DNA of 64,000 bases from Eledone cirrhosa (GCA_964016885.1 OZ024754.1:10850001-10914000), one strand, 5' to 3'; counted from the first letter of the stretch, positions 1 through 12,524 are shown. Notes: generated from the sequence alone by a model not told the origin. Numbers and translations are program-made.

Positions 1-1830
1 CATCTGCTCTGTGGTGAGAGTGAACGGTCACCTGTCGGAACCGTTCAACATCATGCGCTCGGTCCGCCAAGGATGTCCCCTCTCGTCCCTCTTGTACGTA
101 TTGACTCTCGAGCCATTACTGCACAAACTGGAGACGTTGAGGGGAGTCCCGCGCGAACTAGGATGCGGAAGATCCGTGTCAGCATATGCGGACGATGTCA
201 CCGTAGTGGTGTCGAACGCCAAACACATCGAGGCGATCGGCACTACACTAAGAGAATACGAAGCGGTGACAGGAGCAATGATCAACCAGGAAAAGTCAGT
301 GGGCCTGCAGCTCGGCACCTGGAGAGGCAGGTCCATGCCGTCCAACAGCGTCGTCGGGCGCTGGATGGACGGACCGGTTAAATTGCTAGGGGTCTGGTTC
401 GGTCCGGACCTCCAGACGGACAAAAACTGGGACGAGGTGACGAGCAGGGTGGCTTCTCTCACCCAGAAATGGGCGGAGAGGAAGCTATCCCTGAAAGGTC
501 GAGCGGAGGTGGCTAACGCGTACATCGCGTCTGTCATCTGCTACCGCCTAACCGTCGTACCTTGTCCTAAGCCTCGCCTGACTGCGCTGGAGCGTTTGCT
601 CTTTCGCTTTTTGTGGAAGGGACGTGCTCCGATGGTCAGGCGGTCCATCTGTTGTCAACACCCGCTACGTGGAGGGCTGGGCATGCCGTGGCTGATGATG
701 CGCAGGCACGCGCTCAGGCTACGACATCTCCACCTCTTCCTCGACGGTGATCAGGTGTGGTCGCCGTTTGCTAGACGCGTTTTTCCCCAGCTCGTTTCCT
801 TGACGGAGCTGCAGTCCTGGGTCAAGCGAAGACCGAGAGGGAGCGCCTGGAGACTGGAATGTTTTCAGGCGCTCACAGCCCTCGACCAATCGGGCAATGT
901 GATCGGTGGAAACTCCACCTCGGCGTTCTATAGAGGATTAGTGGAGGGGAAGAGCGACGACGTACTTGGGGAAACTCTAGGCGTCGACGAAAATCAACTA
1001 GCCAATCTCTTCGGAAGAACTTTCGGGCCAGGGCCTATGGACAACTTCCAGAAATCTCTGGCCTGGCAGTGCTACCGAGGAGCCTTGCCAGTTCGGGATA
1101 AACTCTACAGGCATGGAGGTGCCGTCAGCCGGGCATGTCCGAGATGCGCGCAGGGCGACGAAACCGTCCTGCACGCACTCGTCCAGTGTCCGAAAATTGC
1201 TGACTTGTGGGTTTATGTCGAACACCTGCTGTCGCGTTTAGGACGGATCCAGCTATCATCTGAGTCCATCGTGAGGATTGCCCCGCCCTCCTCCTTTAGC
1301 CGGGAAGGGCAGGCAGTTTTTATCTGTCTGGTGGCCATGGCGAAAGAGATAGTATGGTGGACACGTTTGAAAGGGCTGAAGACGAGCACTTACCTCTTCG
1401 GTGATGCTCTGATTGACTTTTTCAAATTTCATTTGAAAAGGAAAATCAGAGTAGAGAGGGAAGTGCTCTCTTCCCAGCATTTTGTTGAAAGATGGGTGAG
1501 AGAAGCAAGAATGGCCCGAGTGAATGGGCCGACTCTGAGTATATATCTGTAAACTAAAGGTGGAAAACTGGGAGAGGGCACTTGCCTTGGTGGTCAGGGT
1601 CATTGTGGCTTTTTACTGGGCTTTCTCCACAAATGTCCCTCCGAAGTCTCCCCCCTATTGGGGAATTTTTCATTGTTATTTTCATTGTTATTTTTGTTAC
1701 ATCCTCTGTTTTTGTTTTTTTACACGCAGAAATGCCCATTTGTACCGTCCTGCATTGTCCTGCACTGTCCTTAATGTCTACTTTATGTAAACCCTTGTGG
1801 TTAATAAAGAAATCATTATTATCATTATTA

Positions 1831-1869
<39 letters not shown>
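1..1869 (+). mobile_element. 3' part of a Tx1/L1-like non-LTR retrotransposon (ORF2 end, 3' UTR, AATAAA, (ATT)n tail); 5' part lies outside the window
   Basis: GC-rich block against AT-rich flank; open frame to 1552; AATAAA at 1803-1808 followed by (ATC/ATT)n at about 1812-1869. Confidence 0.9.
11..1552 (+). CDS. LINE ORF2 C-terminal part: reverse transcriptase and zf-RVT CCHC knuckle (partial; 11 is not the true start)
   Basis: Motifs VRQGCPLSSLLY, YADDV, KLLGVWFG, LSLKGR, GGLG, CPRC...ETVLHALVQC; no stop or frameshift in 513 codons. Confidence 0.92.
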   Translation: MVRVNGHLSEPFNIMRSVRQGCPLSSLLYVLTLEPLLHKLETLRGVPRELGCGRSVSAYADDVTVVVSNAKHIEAIGTTLREYEAVTGAMINQEKSVGLQLGTWRGRSMPSNSVVGRWMDGPVKLLGVWFGPDLQTDKNWDEVTSRVASLTQKWAERKLSLKGRAEVANAYIASVICYRLTVVPCPKPRLTALERLLFRFLWKGRAPMVRRSICCQHPLRGGLGMPWLMMRRHALRLRHLHLFLDGDQVWSPFARRVFPQLVSLTELQSWVKRRPRGSAWRLECFQALTALDQSGNVIGGNSTSAFYRGLVEGKSDDVLGETLGVDENQLANLFGRTFGPGPMDNFQKSLAWQCYRGALPVRDKLYRHGGAVSRACPRCAQGDETVLHALVQCPKIADLWVYVEHLLSRLGRIQLSSESIVRIAPPSSFSREGQAVFICLVAMAKEIVWWTRLKGLKTSTYLFGDALIDFFKFHLKRKIRVEREVLSSQHFVERWVREARMARVNGPTLSIYL

Positions 1870-1870
<1 letters not shown>

Positions 1871-2205
1871 GGAGTGTTAGAGTCAGCTGAATCCACTTAA
1901 ATATCTTGTTACCACTTAATCTATTGAGACACAGAGTATGGAGAGTAAAGTTGATTGTGATGGGGATTTAACATGAAACTTACGCAGCCGGAATTTGATA
2001 AGTTGAAGGATTTGAGGAGACAGTTTATTTGGCTTTACAAAACTAGATTGTCTATCATCCTTGTCCTCCTCCTTATCATGATCATCATGATCATCATTAT
2101 CCTTATCATCATCATCATCATCATCATTAACATCATCATCATAATTGTTTCTACTTTTGGCACAAGGCCAGCAATTACCCAGTGCATAATCATCATCATG
2201 TTAAT

Positions 2206-2674
2206 GTTAATGTATATTAACTTTACTAACTATATTATCTATCATCCATTGCCCCCTTCTCCACCACCACCACCACCATCATCATGTTAATGTATATTAA
2301 CTTTACTAACTATATTATCTATCATCCATTGCCCCCCTTCTCCACCACCACCACCATCATCATCATCATCTTAATGTATATTAACTTTACTAACTATATT
2401 ATCTATCATCCATTGCCCCCTTCTCCACCACCACCACCACCATCATCATGTTAATGTATATTAACTTTACTAACTATATTATCTATCATCCATTGCCCCC
2501 CTTCTCCACCACCACCACCATCATCATCATCATCTTAATGTATATTAACTTTACTAACTATATTATCTATCATCCATTGCCCCCTTCTCCACCACCACCA
2601 CCATCATCATCATCATCTTAATGTATATTAACTTTACTAACTATATTATCTATCATCCATTGCCCCCCTTCTCC

Positions 2675-2708
<34 letters not shown>

Positions 2709-2764
2709 TAATGTATATTAACTTTACTAACTATATTATCTATCATCCATTGCCCCCCTTCTCC

Positions 2765-2798
<34 letters not shown>

Positions 2799-3028
2799 TA
2801 ATGTATATTAACTTTACTAACTATATTATCTATCATCCATTGCCCCCCTTCTCCACCACCACCACCATCATCATCATCATCTTAATGTATATTAACTTTA
2901 CTAACTATATTATCTATCATCCATTGCCCCCCTTCTCCACCACCACCACCACCACCATCATCATCATCATCTTAATGTATATTAACTTTACTAACTATAT
3001 TATCTATCATCCATTGCCCCCCTTCTCC

Positions 3029-3062
<34 letters not shown>

Positions 3063-3292
3063 TAATGTATATTAACTTTACTAACTATATTATCTATCAT
3101 CCATTGCCCCCCTTCTCCACCACCACCACCATCATCATCATCATCTTAATGTATATTAACTTTACTAACTATATTATCTATCATCCATTGCCCCCCTTCT
3201 CCACCACCACCACCACCACCATCATCATCATCATCTTAATGTATATTAACTTTACTAACTATATTATCTATCATCCATTGCCCCCCTTCTCC

Positions 3293-3326
<34 letters not shown>

Positions 3327-3465
3327 TAATGTATATTAACTTTACTAACTATATTATCTATCATCCATTGCCCCCTTCTCCACCACCACCACCATCATCA
3401 TCATCATCTTAATGTATATTAACTTTACTAACTATATTATCTATCATCCATTGCCCCCCTTCTCC

Positions 3466-3499
<34 letters not shown>

Positions 3500-3638
3500 T
3501 AATGTATATTAACTTTACTAACTATATTATCTATCATCCATTGCCCCCTTCTCCACCACCACCACCATCATCATCATCATCTTAATGTATATTAACTTTA
3601 CTAACTATATTATCTATCATCCATTGCCCCCCTTCTCC

Positions 3639-3672
<34 letters not shown>

Positions 3673-3812
3673 TAATGTATATTAACTTTACTAACTATAT
3701 TATCTATCATCCATTGCCCCCCTTCTCCACCACCACCACCATCATCATCATCATCTTAATGTATATTAACTTTACTAACTATATTATCTATCATCCATTG
3801 CCCCCCTTCTCC

Positions 3813-3845
<33 letters not shown>

Positions 3846-3902
3846 TTAATGTATATTAACTTTACTAACTATATTATCTATCATCCATTGCCCCCCTTCT
3901 CC

Positions 3903-3936
<34 letters not shown>

Positions 3937-4159
3937 TAATGTATATTAACTTTACTAACTATATTATCTATCATCCATTGCCCCCCTTCTCCACCACCAC
4001 CACCATCATCATCATCATCTTAATGTATATTAACTTTACTAACTATATTATCTATCATCCATTGCCCCCTTCTCCACCACCACCACCATCATCATCATCA
4101 TCTTAATGTATATTAACTTTACTAACTATATTATCTATCATCCATTGCCCCCCTTCTCC

Positions 4160-4193
<34 letters not shown>

Positions 4194-4249
4194 TAATGTA
4201 TATTAACTTTACTAACTATATTATCTATCATCCATTGCCCCCCTTCTCC

Positions 4250-4283
<34 letters not shown>

Positions 4284-4339
4284 TAATGTATATTAACTTT
4301 ACTAACTATATTATCTATCATCCATTGCCCCCCTTCTCC

Positions 4340-4373
<34 letters not shown>

Positions 4374-4427
4374 TAATGTATATTAACTTTACTAACTATA
4401 TTATCTATCATCCATTGCCCCCCTTCT

Positions 4428-4460
<33 letters not shown>

Positions 4461-4680
4461 TCTTAATGTATATTAACTTTACTAACTATATTATCTATCA
4501 TCCATTGCCCCCCTTCTCCACCACCACCACCATCATCATCATCACTGTGCTAATGTATATTAACTTTACTAACTATATTGTCTATCATCCATTGCCCTCC
4601 TTCTCCACCACCACCACCACCACCACCACCATCATCATCATCATGATCATCACCGTGCTAATGTATATTAACTTTACTAG
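2206..4680. repeat. Minisatellite, about 80-93 bp unit (TTAATGTATATTAACTTTACTAACTATATTATCTATCATCCATTGCCCCCCTTCT plus variable (CCA)n(TCA)n), about 28 copies
   Basis: Tandem copies read directly; length varies in the internal trinucleotide runs. Confidence 0.95.
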
Positions 4681-5050
4681 CTAGAGTGACTAACATCCTT
4701 TACTTGCTAAGTCTAACATCAATTATGTTAACATATCATGGATTTACTATTTAGTTTCTCTAATGTCCATGATCATCATCATCATCACCACCACCATTTA
4801 ATGTACATTTTCCATGCTAACATAGGTTAGACAGGTCCTGTTGTGAGACAATTCAGATCAGGTGACTGTGTCTTGTTCACACAACAATTTCTGGTTTGGT
4901 TTCTACAGCTGGATGCCCTTCTTTACACCAAACACTGGACTGAGTGTTTACAGCATGGACTGAGTGCTTTCTATCGTAGCACCAAAATGACCACCCTATG
5001 TTAACATATATTATCTTTACTAACTAGTTTTGTTTAACATTATTTCTAAC

Positions 5051-6145
5051 GGTGGATTGGCAAGTATCGGTAGAGGGTCGGACGCCATACTTTGAGGCAT
5101 AGAGTTACGGCCCTTTATGGTCTGAGTTCAAATCCCGCCGAGGTTAACTTTGCCTTTCATCCTTACGGGGTCGATAAAATAAAGCACCAGTAATGCTCTG
5201 GGTAATTGCTGGCCTTGTGCCAAAAGTAGAAACAATTATTTTTAATGGTGGGTTTGGCAGTATTGGTAGAGGGCTGGACACCATGCATTGCAGCATAGAG
5301 TTACGCCCCTTTATGATCTGAGTTCAGATCCCGCCGAAGTAAACTTTGCCTTTCATCCTTACGGAGTCAATAAAATAAAGTACCAGTAATGCACTGGAGT
5401 AATTGCTGGCCTTGTGCCAAAAGTAGAAACAAGTATTTCTAACATATATTATGTATTGCTAATATATAGTTTGTCTCATATCTAATAATATTATTTTGTT
5501 ATGTAGGCGGTGGATTGGCAGTATCGGTGGAGGGTCGGACGCCATGCTTTTCAGCATAGTTACGTCCCTTTACGATCTGAGTTCAAATCCCGCCGAGGTT
5601 GACTTTGCCTTTCATCCTTACGGGGTCGATAAAATAAAGTACCAGTAATGCACTGGAGTAATTGCTGGCCTTGTGCCAAAAGTAGAAACAAGTATTTCTA
5701 ACATATATTATGTATTGCTAATATATAGTCTCATATCTAATAATATTATTTTGTTATGTAGGCGGTGGATTGGCAGTATCGGTGGAGGGTCGGACGCCAT
5801 GCTTTTCAGCATAGTTACGTCCCTTTACGATCTGAGTTCAAATCCCGCCGAGGTTGACTTTGCCTTTCATCCTTACGGGGTCGATAAAATAAAGTACCAG
5901 TAATGCACTGGGTAATTGCTGGCCTTGTGCCAAAAGTAGAAACAATTATTTTTAATGGTGGGTTTGGCAGTATTGGTAGAGGGCTGGACACCATGCATTG
6001 CAGCATAGAGTTACGCCCCTTTATGATCTGAGTTCAAATCCCGCCGAGGTTGACTTTGCCTTTCATCCTTACGGGGTCGATAAAAATAAAGTACCAGTAA
6101 TGCACTGGGTAATTGCTGGCCTTGTGCCTAAAGTAGAAACAATTA
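5051..6145 (+). mobile_element. Five head-to-tail copies of a tRNA-derived SINE with a Meta-SINE-like central domain
   Basis: Copies start near 5051, 5247, 5506, 5761 and 5957; A-box-like TGGCAGTATCGG, B box GAGTTCAAATCC, central GACTTTGCCTTTCATCCTTACGGGGTCGATAAAATAAAGTACCAG. Confidence 0.85.
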
Positions 6146-6236
6146 TTTTGTTATGTAGCATTCTTGTGTTAAACACATTTGAAATGTGACTTCAAACATT
6201 AATCTTTTCCTTCTGTTGTCCTACATGTTGCATTTC

Positions 6237-6268
<32 letters not shown>

Positions 6269-6591
6269 CCACAGACCATGGCAACCATGATCATTTCAAT
6301 TTAAAAAAAAAATCAAAGTGCAGGAAACCTAGGACCTCATTATCCAATGTGTTTTATTTTAGGACTTAAAGATGTAAGTTTAGAGAGATTTGGCTGTTAT
6401 TTTCTAGAAGGTCAAGTGACCACATGAAGTACTCTCAGTTGTAGCTTCTTTTCATGTTCTGTTGACTGTTGGTTGGTTATTATGTATAACATTTCCCTTT
6501 TTAATATTATTCTTGCAAATTGATATATACAAATGTCACATACTTTCAGATATGTTTCAAAATTATTTATTTGGTCCTCTCTGTCTTCTAG

Positions 6592-6638
6592 GTTTCTGTT
6601 TGACTTTCTCTATGTCAGTTGTTTTGCCTGCATTGTCT
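6592..6638 (+). CDS. Candidate signal-peptide exon of the MIB/HERC2-CUB gene (xFLFDFLYVSCFACIV, joining L-GCTEE)
   Basis: Pyrimidine tract and CTTCTAG acceptor, GTAAGT donor at 6639; in this frame it ends in phase 1, matching the 12525 exon; hydrophobic peptide; no in-frame ATG inside the exon. Confidence 0.3.
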
Positions 6639-6680
6639 GTAAGTACATTTTTATATTTTCTCTCGTGCCTTAAATATTAA

Positions 6681-6884
6681 CCCTTTCTTTATCACATTTC
6701 TAACTAAAGTCTCTGACTATGGTTTTTAAATAATCAAGAATTTATAGATATTTAGTAATAAGACTAACTTTTTCATTACATAAATTTATAACGAAAGTCT
6801 TTAGGATAAATATAAACACTTTGAAATAAACAGTTTTGTATCATAGAACCAGGGGCAATTTCATGCAGTTTGGTACCAAAAGGG
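6681..6884. mobile_element. piggyBac-type MITE
   Basis: TTAA|CCCTTT ... AAAGGG|TTAA termini. Confidence 0.7.
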
Positions 6885-7515
6885 TTAAGTTGTCTGCCAA
6901 CTGATTCAGCTACCCAGTTTTAATTCTCTGAGGCAGTTACTTCACTTACAACATTAGGGCTCTCAAGGAAAATATGAATGTTACAGTTCTTATTTCCATC
7001 TTTACTGAAGTTAAGAAATTGATAAAGTCTCTCTCAAGCTCAGAGGTTCATAAGGCTGATGCTTTTCCTAATTCCCTTGGCATTAACCTCCTCCATGCCA
7101 CGGATGAGATAACTCATCCTAACATGTTTGAACTCTTTTTCAACAGTTTATAACTTCAAAGTTATGAAATTGTTTCCAAAAGTTCATAACTTCAAAGTTA
7201 TGAACTCGTTTCCAACAGTTCGGAACTCGTTTCCAATAGTTCATAACTTCAAAACTAGATGGAGTTACTAGTTTATGGATGTGATGTTTGTCAATCATTC
7301 AGATATATGTTGTTAATAAATGTTTGTTTAAAAAGAGAAAAAAAAATTATTATGTTTGTATTTTCATTTTTTTATGTGTATGCCAAATTTCTGCATGAAT
7401 GATGCTGTGTTATAGTATTTGTACAATTGTGCCTGGCCAATATGGGAATATAATTGTGATAGCATCTGTACTTGATGTTGTGTGTGTGTGTGTGTCATGG
7501 CATCTGCACTTGAAG

Positions 7516-7547
<32 letters not shown>

Positions 7548-7640
7548 ACATATAGGAAGGTCATGCATATATAGGTTAAAGATAAGTGGTTAAAGGACAG
7601 AAAATTGAGGTTTTTAGATTTTTTTGTTGTTGGAATGGAA

Positions 7641-7890
7641 AAGATTGCATATTGATGGTGGTTAGGATAGTCAAATCCTGTAGCATAGTTGCAAGGTTGT
7701 AAAAGTTTCATGAGGAAATTTTCTTGCTCTTAAAATGTGGGTATTACCTGTCATTGTTATTGTGATATGGGATATGGACGCAGTGCTGGACTCACCTGTA
7801 AGCTAAATAAGGCATAGCTTAGCAGCACACACCTGTGGGGCCTCATTTTTAAAATATATTTTTATCTTATCATTAGTTTGTATTATTTAA

Positions 7891-7940
<50 letters not shown>

Positions 7941-8200
7941 TAATGATTTAGTGTTAAATAATACAAACTAATGATAAGATAAAAATATATTTTAAAAATG
8001 AGGCCCCACAGGTGTGTGCTGCTAAGCTATGCCTTATTTAGCTTACAGGTGAGTCCAGCACTGCGTCCATATCCCATATCACAATAACAATGACAGGTAA
8101 TACCCACATTTTAAGAGCAAGAAAATTTCCTCATGAAACTTTTACAACCTTGCAACTATGCTACAGGATTTGACTATCCTAACTACCATCAATATGCAAT

Positions 8201-8203
<3 letters not shown>
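7641..8203. repeat. Near-perfect fold-back inverted repeat, arms about 255 bp (7641-7895 and 7949-8203), (TA)n in the spacer
   Basis: AAGATTGCATATTGATGG...TTTAACACTA is the reverse complement of TAGTGTTAAA...CCATCAATATGCAATCTT. Confidence 0.93.
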
Positions 8204-8240
<37 letters not shown>

Positions 8241-8506
8241 CCAGGTGATGTGTTGTTTCCTTGAGCAAGACACTTTATTTCCCATTGCTCCAGTTTACTC
8301 AGCCGTAGAAATGAAATGATATGGACTGGGGTCCCTATCATACCACTGCAAAGTGGTCGTGGAGATGCCATGGTAAAAAAGCTCCCAGCCCACACTGTAA
8401 ATGAGGTTAGGAAGGGAATCCAGCTGTAGAAATCAAGCCAGAATCAGTTCCCGTTCCACCCTTGCAAGCAGGGAAAAGCGGACGTAAAATGATGATGATG
8501 ATGATG
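8241..8506 (+). mobile_element. 5'-truncated CORE-type SINE with RTE-like tail and (GAT)n
   Basis: CCTTGAGCAAGACACTTTA core; AGGAAGGGAATCCAGCTGTAGAAA; GGACGTAAAATGATGATG end. Confidence 0.75.
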
Positions 8507-8522
8507 ATATATATATATATTT

Positions 8523-8648
8523 AATATAGAAATGGCTTCTACATGACTAGAACTGTTTCATTCAAAGGAAATCATCAGGGAAGCAGCCTTCCTGATGATT
8601 TCCTTCAAATGAAACGGTTCTAGTCCTGTAGAACCCATTTCTATATTA
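8523..8648. repeat. Short fold-back element with degenerate hammerhead cores on both arms
   Basis: Arms are reverse complements; CTGATGA...GAAAC on + (8592) and on - (about 8578). Confidence 0.7.
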
Positions 8649-8746
8649 GATATTTATACTCTGCTATGTATTGAGTACCTTACTTACTGTGGTTACCCCT
8701 GATTAAACCCAACACACACACACACACATATACATATATATATATA

Positions 8747-8960
8747 TCATCATCATCATCATTCGTCAACTACTGTCGAGATGATGGATCTCACTCTCAT
8801 GCCCCAGAATCCCCTGTCCCCCATCGCCACCCTCAGGTCCTGTCTACTGATCCCCGTATCCCTAGAGATAACGTCAGGGAATGACAGCTTCCTACTCCTA
8901 GTCAGGCTGGAGTCAGGGTTCCAGAGCAAGAGAGCGGATATGATTTCATTGCTGGCATAT
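8747..8960 (-). mobile_element. 3' end of an RTE-like LINE with (GAT)n tail
   Basis: Minus strand reads LLLWNPDSSLTRSRKLSFPDVISRDTGISRQDLRVAMGDRGFW...*, then GATGATGAT. Confidence 0.7.
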
Positions 8961-9117
8961 TAGGATTGGTGCTCTGAAATAGCGATGTATACATGAATGT
9001 ATGTATAGTATATTTGGCAATATACTGTATGTTTAATTAAAAACATTTAGAAGACCATATGCTATCGGTTTTAAAGTAGTGACTATGTCACTTCTTTTCG
9101 GCGAAAGAAGGGAGAGA

Positions 9118-9159
9118 AGCTGACAGTCTGTTTCACGCTGGTTGCCGTTCATCAGAGCC
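9118..9159 (-). ncRNA. Minimal type I hammerhead ribozyme motif
   Basis: Minus strand GGCT-CTGATGA-ACG(GCAACCAG)CGT-GAAA-CAGACTG-TC-AGCT: intact core, stems I/II/III, GUC triplet. Confidence 0.8.
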
Positions 9160-9427
9160 ACGCACCCCTGCTTCCACTGACAATTATAGAAGCTGGATTC
9201 TTATAGAATTCCAGTAATAATCAGGAGCTGATTATACAGAGCGATTGCCGGTCCAGCAAAAATTAGGTATTAGGATTGGTGCTCTGAAATAGCGATGTAT
9301 ACGTGAATGTATGTATAGTATATTTGGCAATATACCGTATGTTTAATTAAAATATATAATTGTTTCTACTTTTGGCACAAGGCCAACAATTACCCAGTAT
9401 ATTGCCAAATATACTATACATACATAT

Positions 9428-9924
<497 letters not shown>

Positions 9925-10621
9925 TCATCATCATCATCATCATCAACGTTTAACGTCCGTGTTCCACGCTTGCATGGGTTTGGACGGGGGTAGTCCCACT
10001 TGAGGCAAGAGTGATTGTCTTGCTCGCATAGGACTGTCTGGCAGATTTTCTACAGTTGGATGCCCTTCCTAACACCAACCACATTTACAGTGTGGGTCTG
10101 GGAGGTTTTTACCGTGTTGCCTACACGGCCACATTACAGCGTGGACTGTGTGTTTTTTTGTCGTGACACCTACACGATCTCGTTTGTTTCGGCCTGGATA
10201 TATATATATATATATATAAACAAATTTTAGTACAGCATTAACGAAGCTTTAGTTTGCGGCCAACTAACGAATGTAAATTCGGTATGTAGCTTTAGCACTC
10301 AGATGGGGATAGTACCCCAGAGTAATAACAATATGTTTAGACAGCTTAGCAAATCAAATATAGCGATCGGAAGTCCAGCCGCATTACCACAGCAACGAAA
10401 ATACAGAACTCAGGAAAAGATTTTAGACACATATATATATATGCCAACACAAGAGCAAGATTCATGGGGGTCATTCTACTGACATGGCTTATGAGGGTGT
10501 TTGCATAATTGCAAACGAATCAAATATTATGAATAATTTTTGAAAAACTCAGATTTACATTTCTTGTATTCAGCCATGTAGAGCGATAAAACTATTTATA
10601 CATACATACATATATATATAT

Positions 10622-11088
10622 AGAAGTTGATGGAAACCGCGGAGTGGGGAGACCCAAGATGACCTGGGATGAGGTGATAAAAGCCGACCTTACCCAATTA
10701 CACCTCTCAAAGGCAATGACACACGACCGTGACCTCTGGCATCACGCAGTAATACAGAGTACCCGACCTCCCATGGGTACAAGCTGAAGCATATAGACAA
10801 TATGCCCCCACACACCCCACCGCAAGGTGGTCGTGGAGGTGCCACAGCAAAAAAGCACCCAGCCCACACTGTAAAGTGGACGTGTAGGCGCCACGAAAAA
10901 GCACCCAGCACTCACTGTAAATGAGGTTGGTGTTAGGAAGGGCATTCAGCTGTAGAAATGAAGCCAAATCAGTTCCTGTATGAGCAAGGCATGGTCAGCC
11001 GACCAGACACTGCCCACAACAGGACAACCCGTCTAACCCATGCTAGCGTGGAAGAATGGACGTAAAACGGTGATGATGATGATGATGA
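10622..11088 (+). mobile_element. RTE LINE 3' end and UTR with (GAT)n tail
   Basis: Encodes GRPKMTWDEVIKADL...DRDLWH; closely similar to 38990-39440, 32035-32425 and 39940-40252. Confidence 0.8.
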
Positions 11089-11424
11089 TATATATATATA
11101 TATATGAGTGAAGAATAACATGGTCGGCTGTACAATAGGGTTAATTCAAAGTATTAACAATTGTTTCATTAGTCTGGTGTCTAAAAATCGCTGATTGCTA
11201 CCTTAAACGATATCTTGTTAACTTATATATATATATGTAAATGTGATTGGTGTTAAGAAGGACACCCAGCCGTAGAAAACCAGCCAGAAACAGTCCTGTA
11301 CAAGTGAGACTCGGTCACCTGACCAATCTTGCCTCAAGTGGGACAAACCCGTCCAACCCATGCTAGCGTTTAAGATGGACGTTAAACGATGATGATGATG
11401 ATGATATACATACATACATACATA

Positions 11425-11633
11425 CATGGTGGCTGCCAACTCGTTTTCGAGTACGGCCACTACTTTATATCCATGTAGGAGAACCCCTACCGATGCGCTG
11501 AACGAGTGTGACTTTTTAGTCCAGCCAGCGACTTGAAAACTCTGGTACAAACACTACACTTGTGACAATTATTGACACATAGTGCTGGGCCCTTGGTACA
11601 TGTGACGACAAGTGCAGAGAGATCTCCAGATAT
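11425..11633 (-). mobile_element. LINE 3' end encoding a C2H2 finger (HKCSVCTRVFKSLAGLKSHTRSAHR*), RTE-like
   Basis: Second copy in the opposite orientation at 37846-38053; both flanked by TA/TACA runs. Confidence 0.7.
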
Positions 11634-12524
11634 ACATACATACATATATATATAATGAAGTGTAACAGCCCAATTATGTAAATATCTGCTGATATTAAGT
11701 GACTTTCTGAACATTGAGGATGTAATATCTGCATTTGTTAAGTTATGTTGCACAGAGACGATATCGTCCAGGAGTTGAGATTCTTCCCTGTCTCTCTACC
11801 AAAACACAGCCACTGGAATTGCTATTAACTAAATGTGTGCATTCTGAACAGCTGATTGCAGCTGCATTACTGCAATTTAGCAGATTCATTGAGTGAGCTA
11901 GACATTAGCTGGAGAACGTTATACCACTCATCTTCGTTACTTGGCCAGCCTGAGGAGGAAATGATGTGCGTAGCAGGAAAGTAAGATGAGAGGAAGGAGC
12001 ATATCTTTCTTCCAATCTGGCATGGGTTTGACAAAGAAACTGAATCAGGAATGTGCTTTCCTCTTTTTAAGGTCGATAAAAAAAAATTAGTAATCAAGTA
12101 CAGTGGTTCATTCTTCCTCTCTATCTCTTTCTCACTTTCTATTCTTCTCTGCAAGAAATCTGCTGTATTCAGACCTGGAGAGGAGATGGACGCTACCAAG
12201 TTTAGAAATATGACCTAGAAACACCACTACGACACCATCAGTAGATGGAACAATATCATATCAATAATACTGTGGTACCTGATAAGCTCACTTTCTAGCA
12301 GGTTAAGGGGTCATACAGAGCAGGCATAGGGAACCTTTCTTAAGCTGGGGGCCACGAAAGGCCTCACTATGGAAAAACTTCCAACTGAATCAGGAATGTG
12401 AGTGAATGATATCTTTATGTATAGACTTCCATAATATTTTCACTATTTTTTCACACATCTTTATAGATAAGATAATGTTTTACTGAAAGTTTGATTTCTT
12501 TTTTATTTTTATTTCTTTTTGTAG

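Noticed and set aside
2618-4684. MYINFTNY... repeat ORFs
   Set aside because: Minisatellite translations interrupted by frameshifting C-run changes
5051-5150. tRNA genes
   Set aside because: A/B boxes belong to SINE heads; no complete cloverleaf and many dispersed copies
11487-11600. Host C2H2 zinc-finger gene
   Set aside because: Single finger followed by a stop, duplicated at 37846-38053 with TA flanks; fits a LINE terminus
11750-12250. Possible extra exon ending at AAA|GTAAGA near 11980
   Set aside because: I could not find an acceptor and frame giving a convincing product that joins exon A
12491-12524. LISFLFLFLFVV as a signal peptide
   Set aside because: It is the polypyrimidine tract; in-frame TAA at 12473 and no ATG
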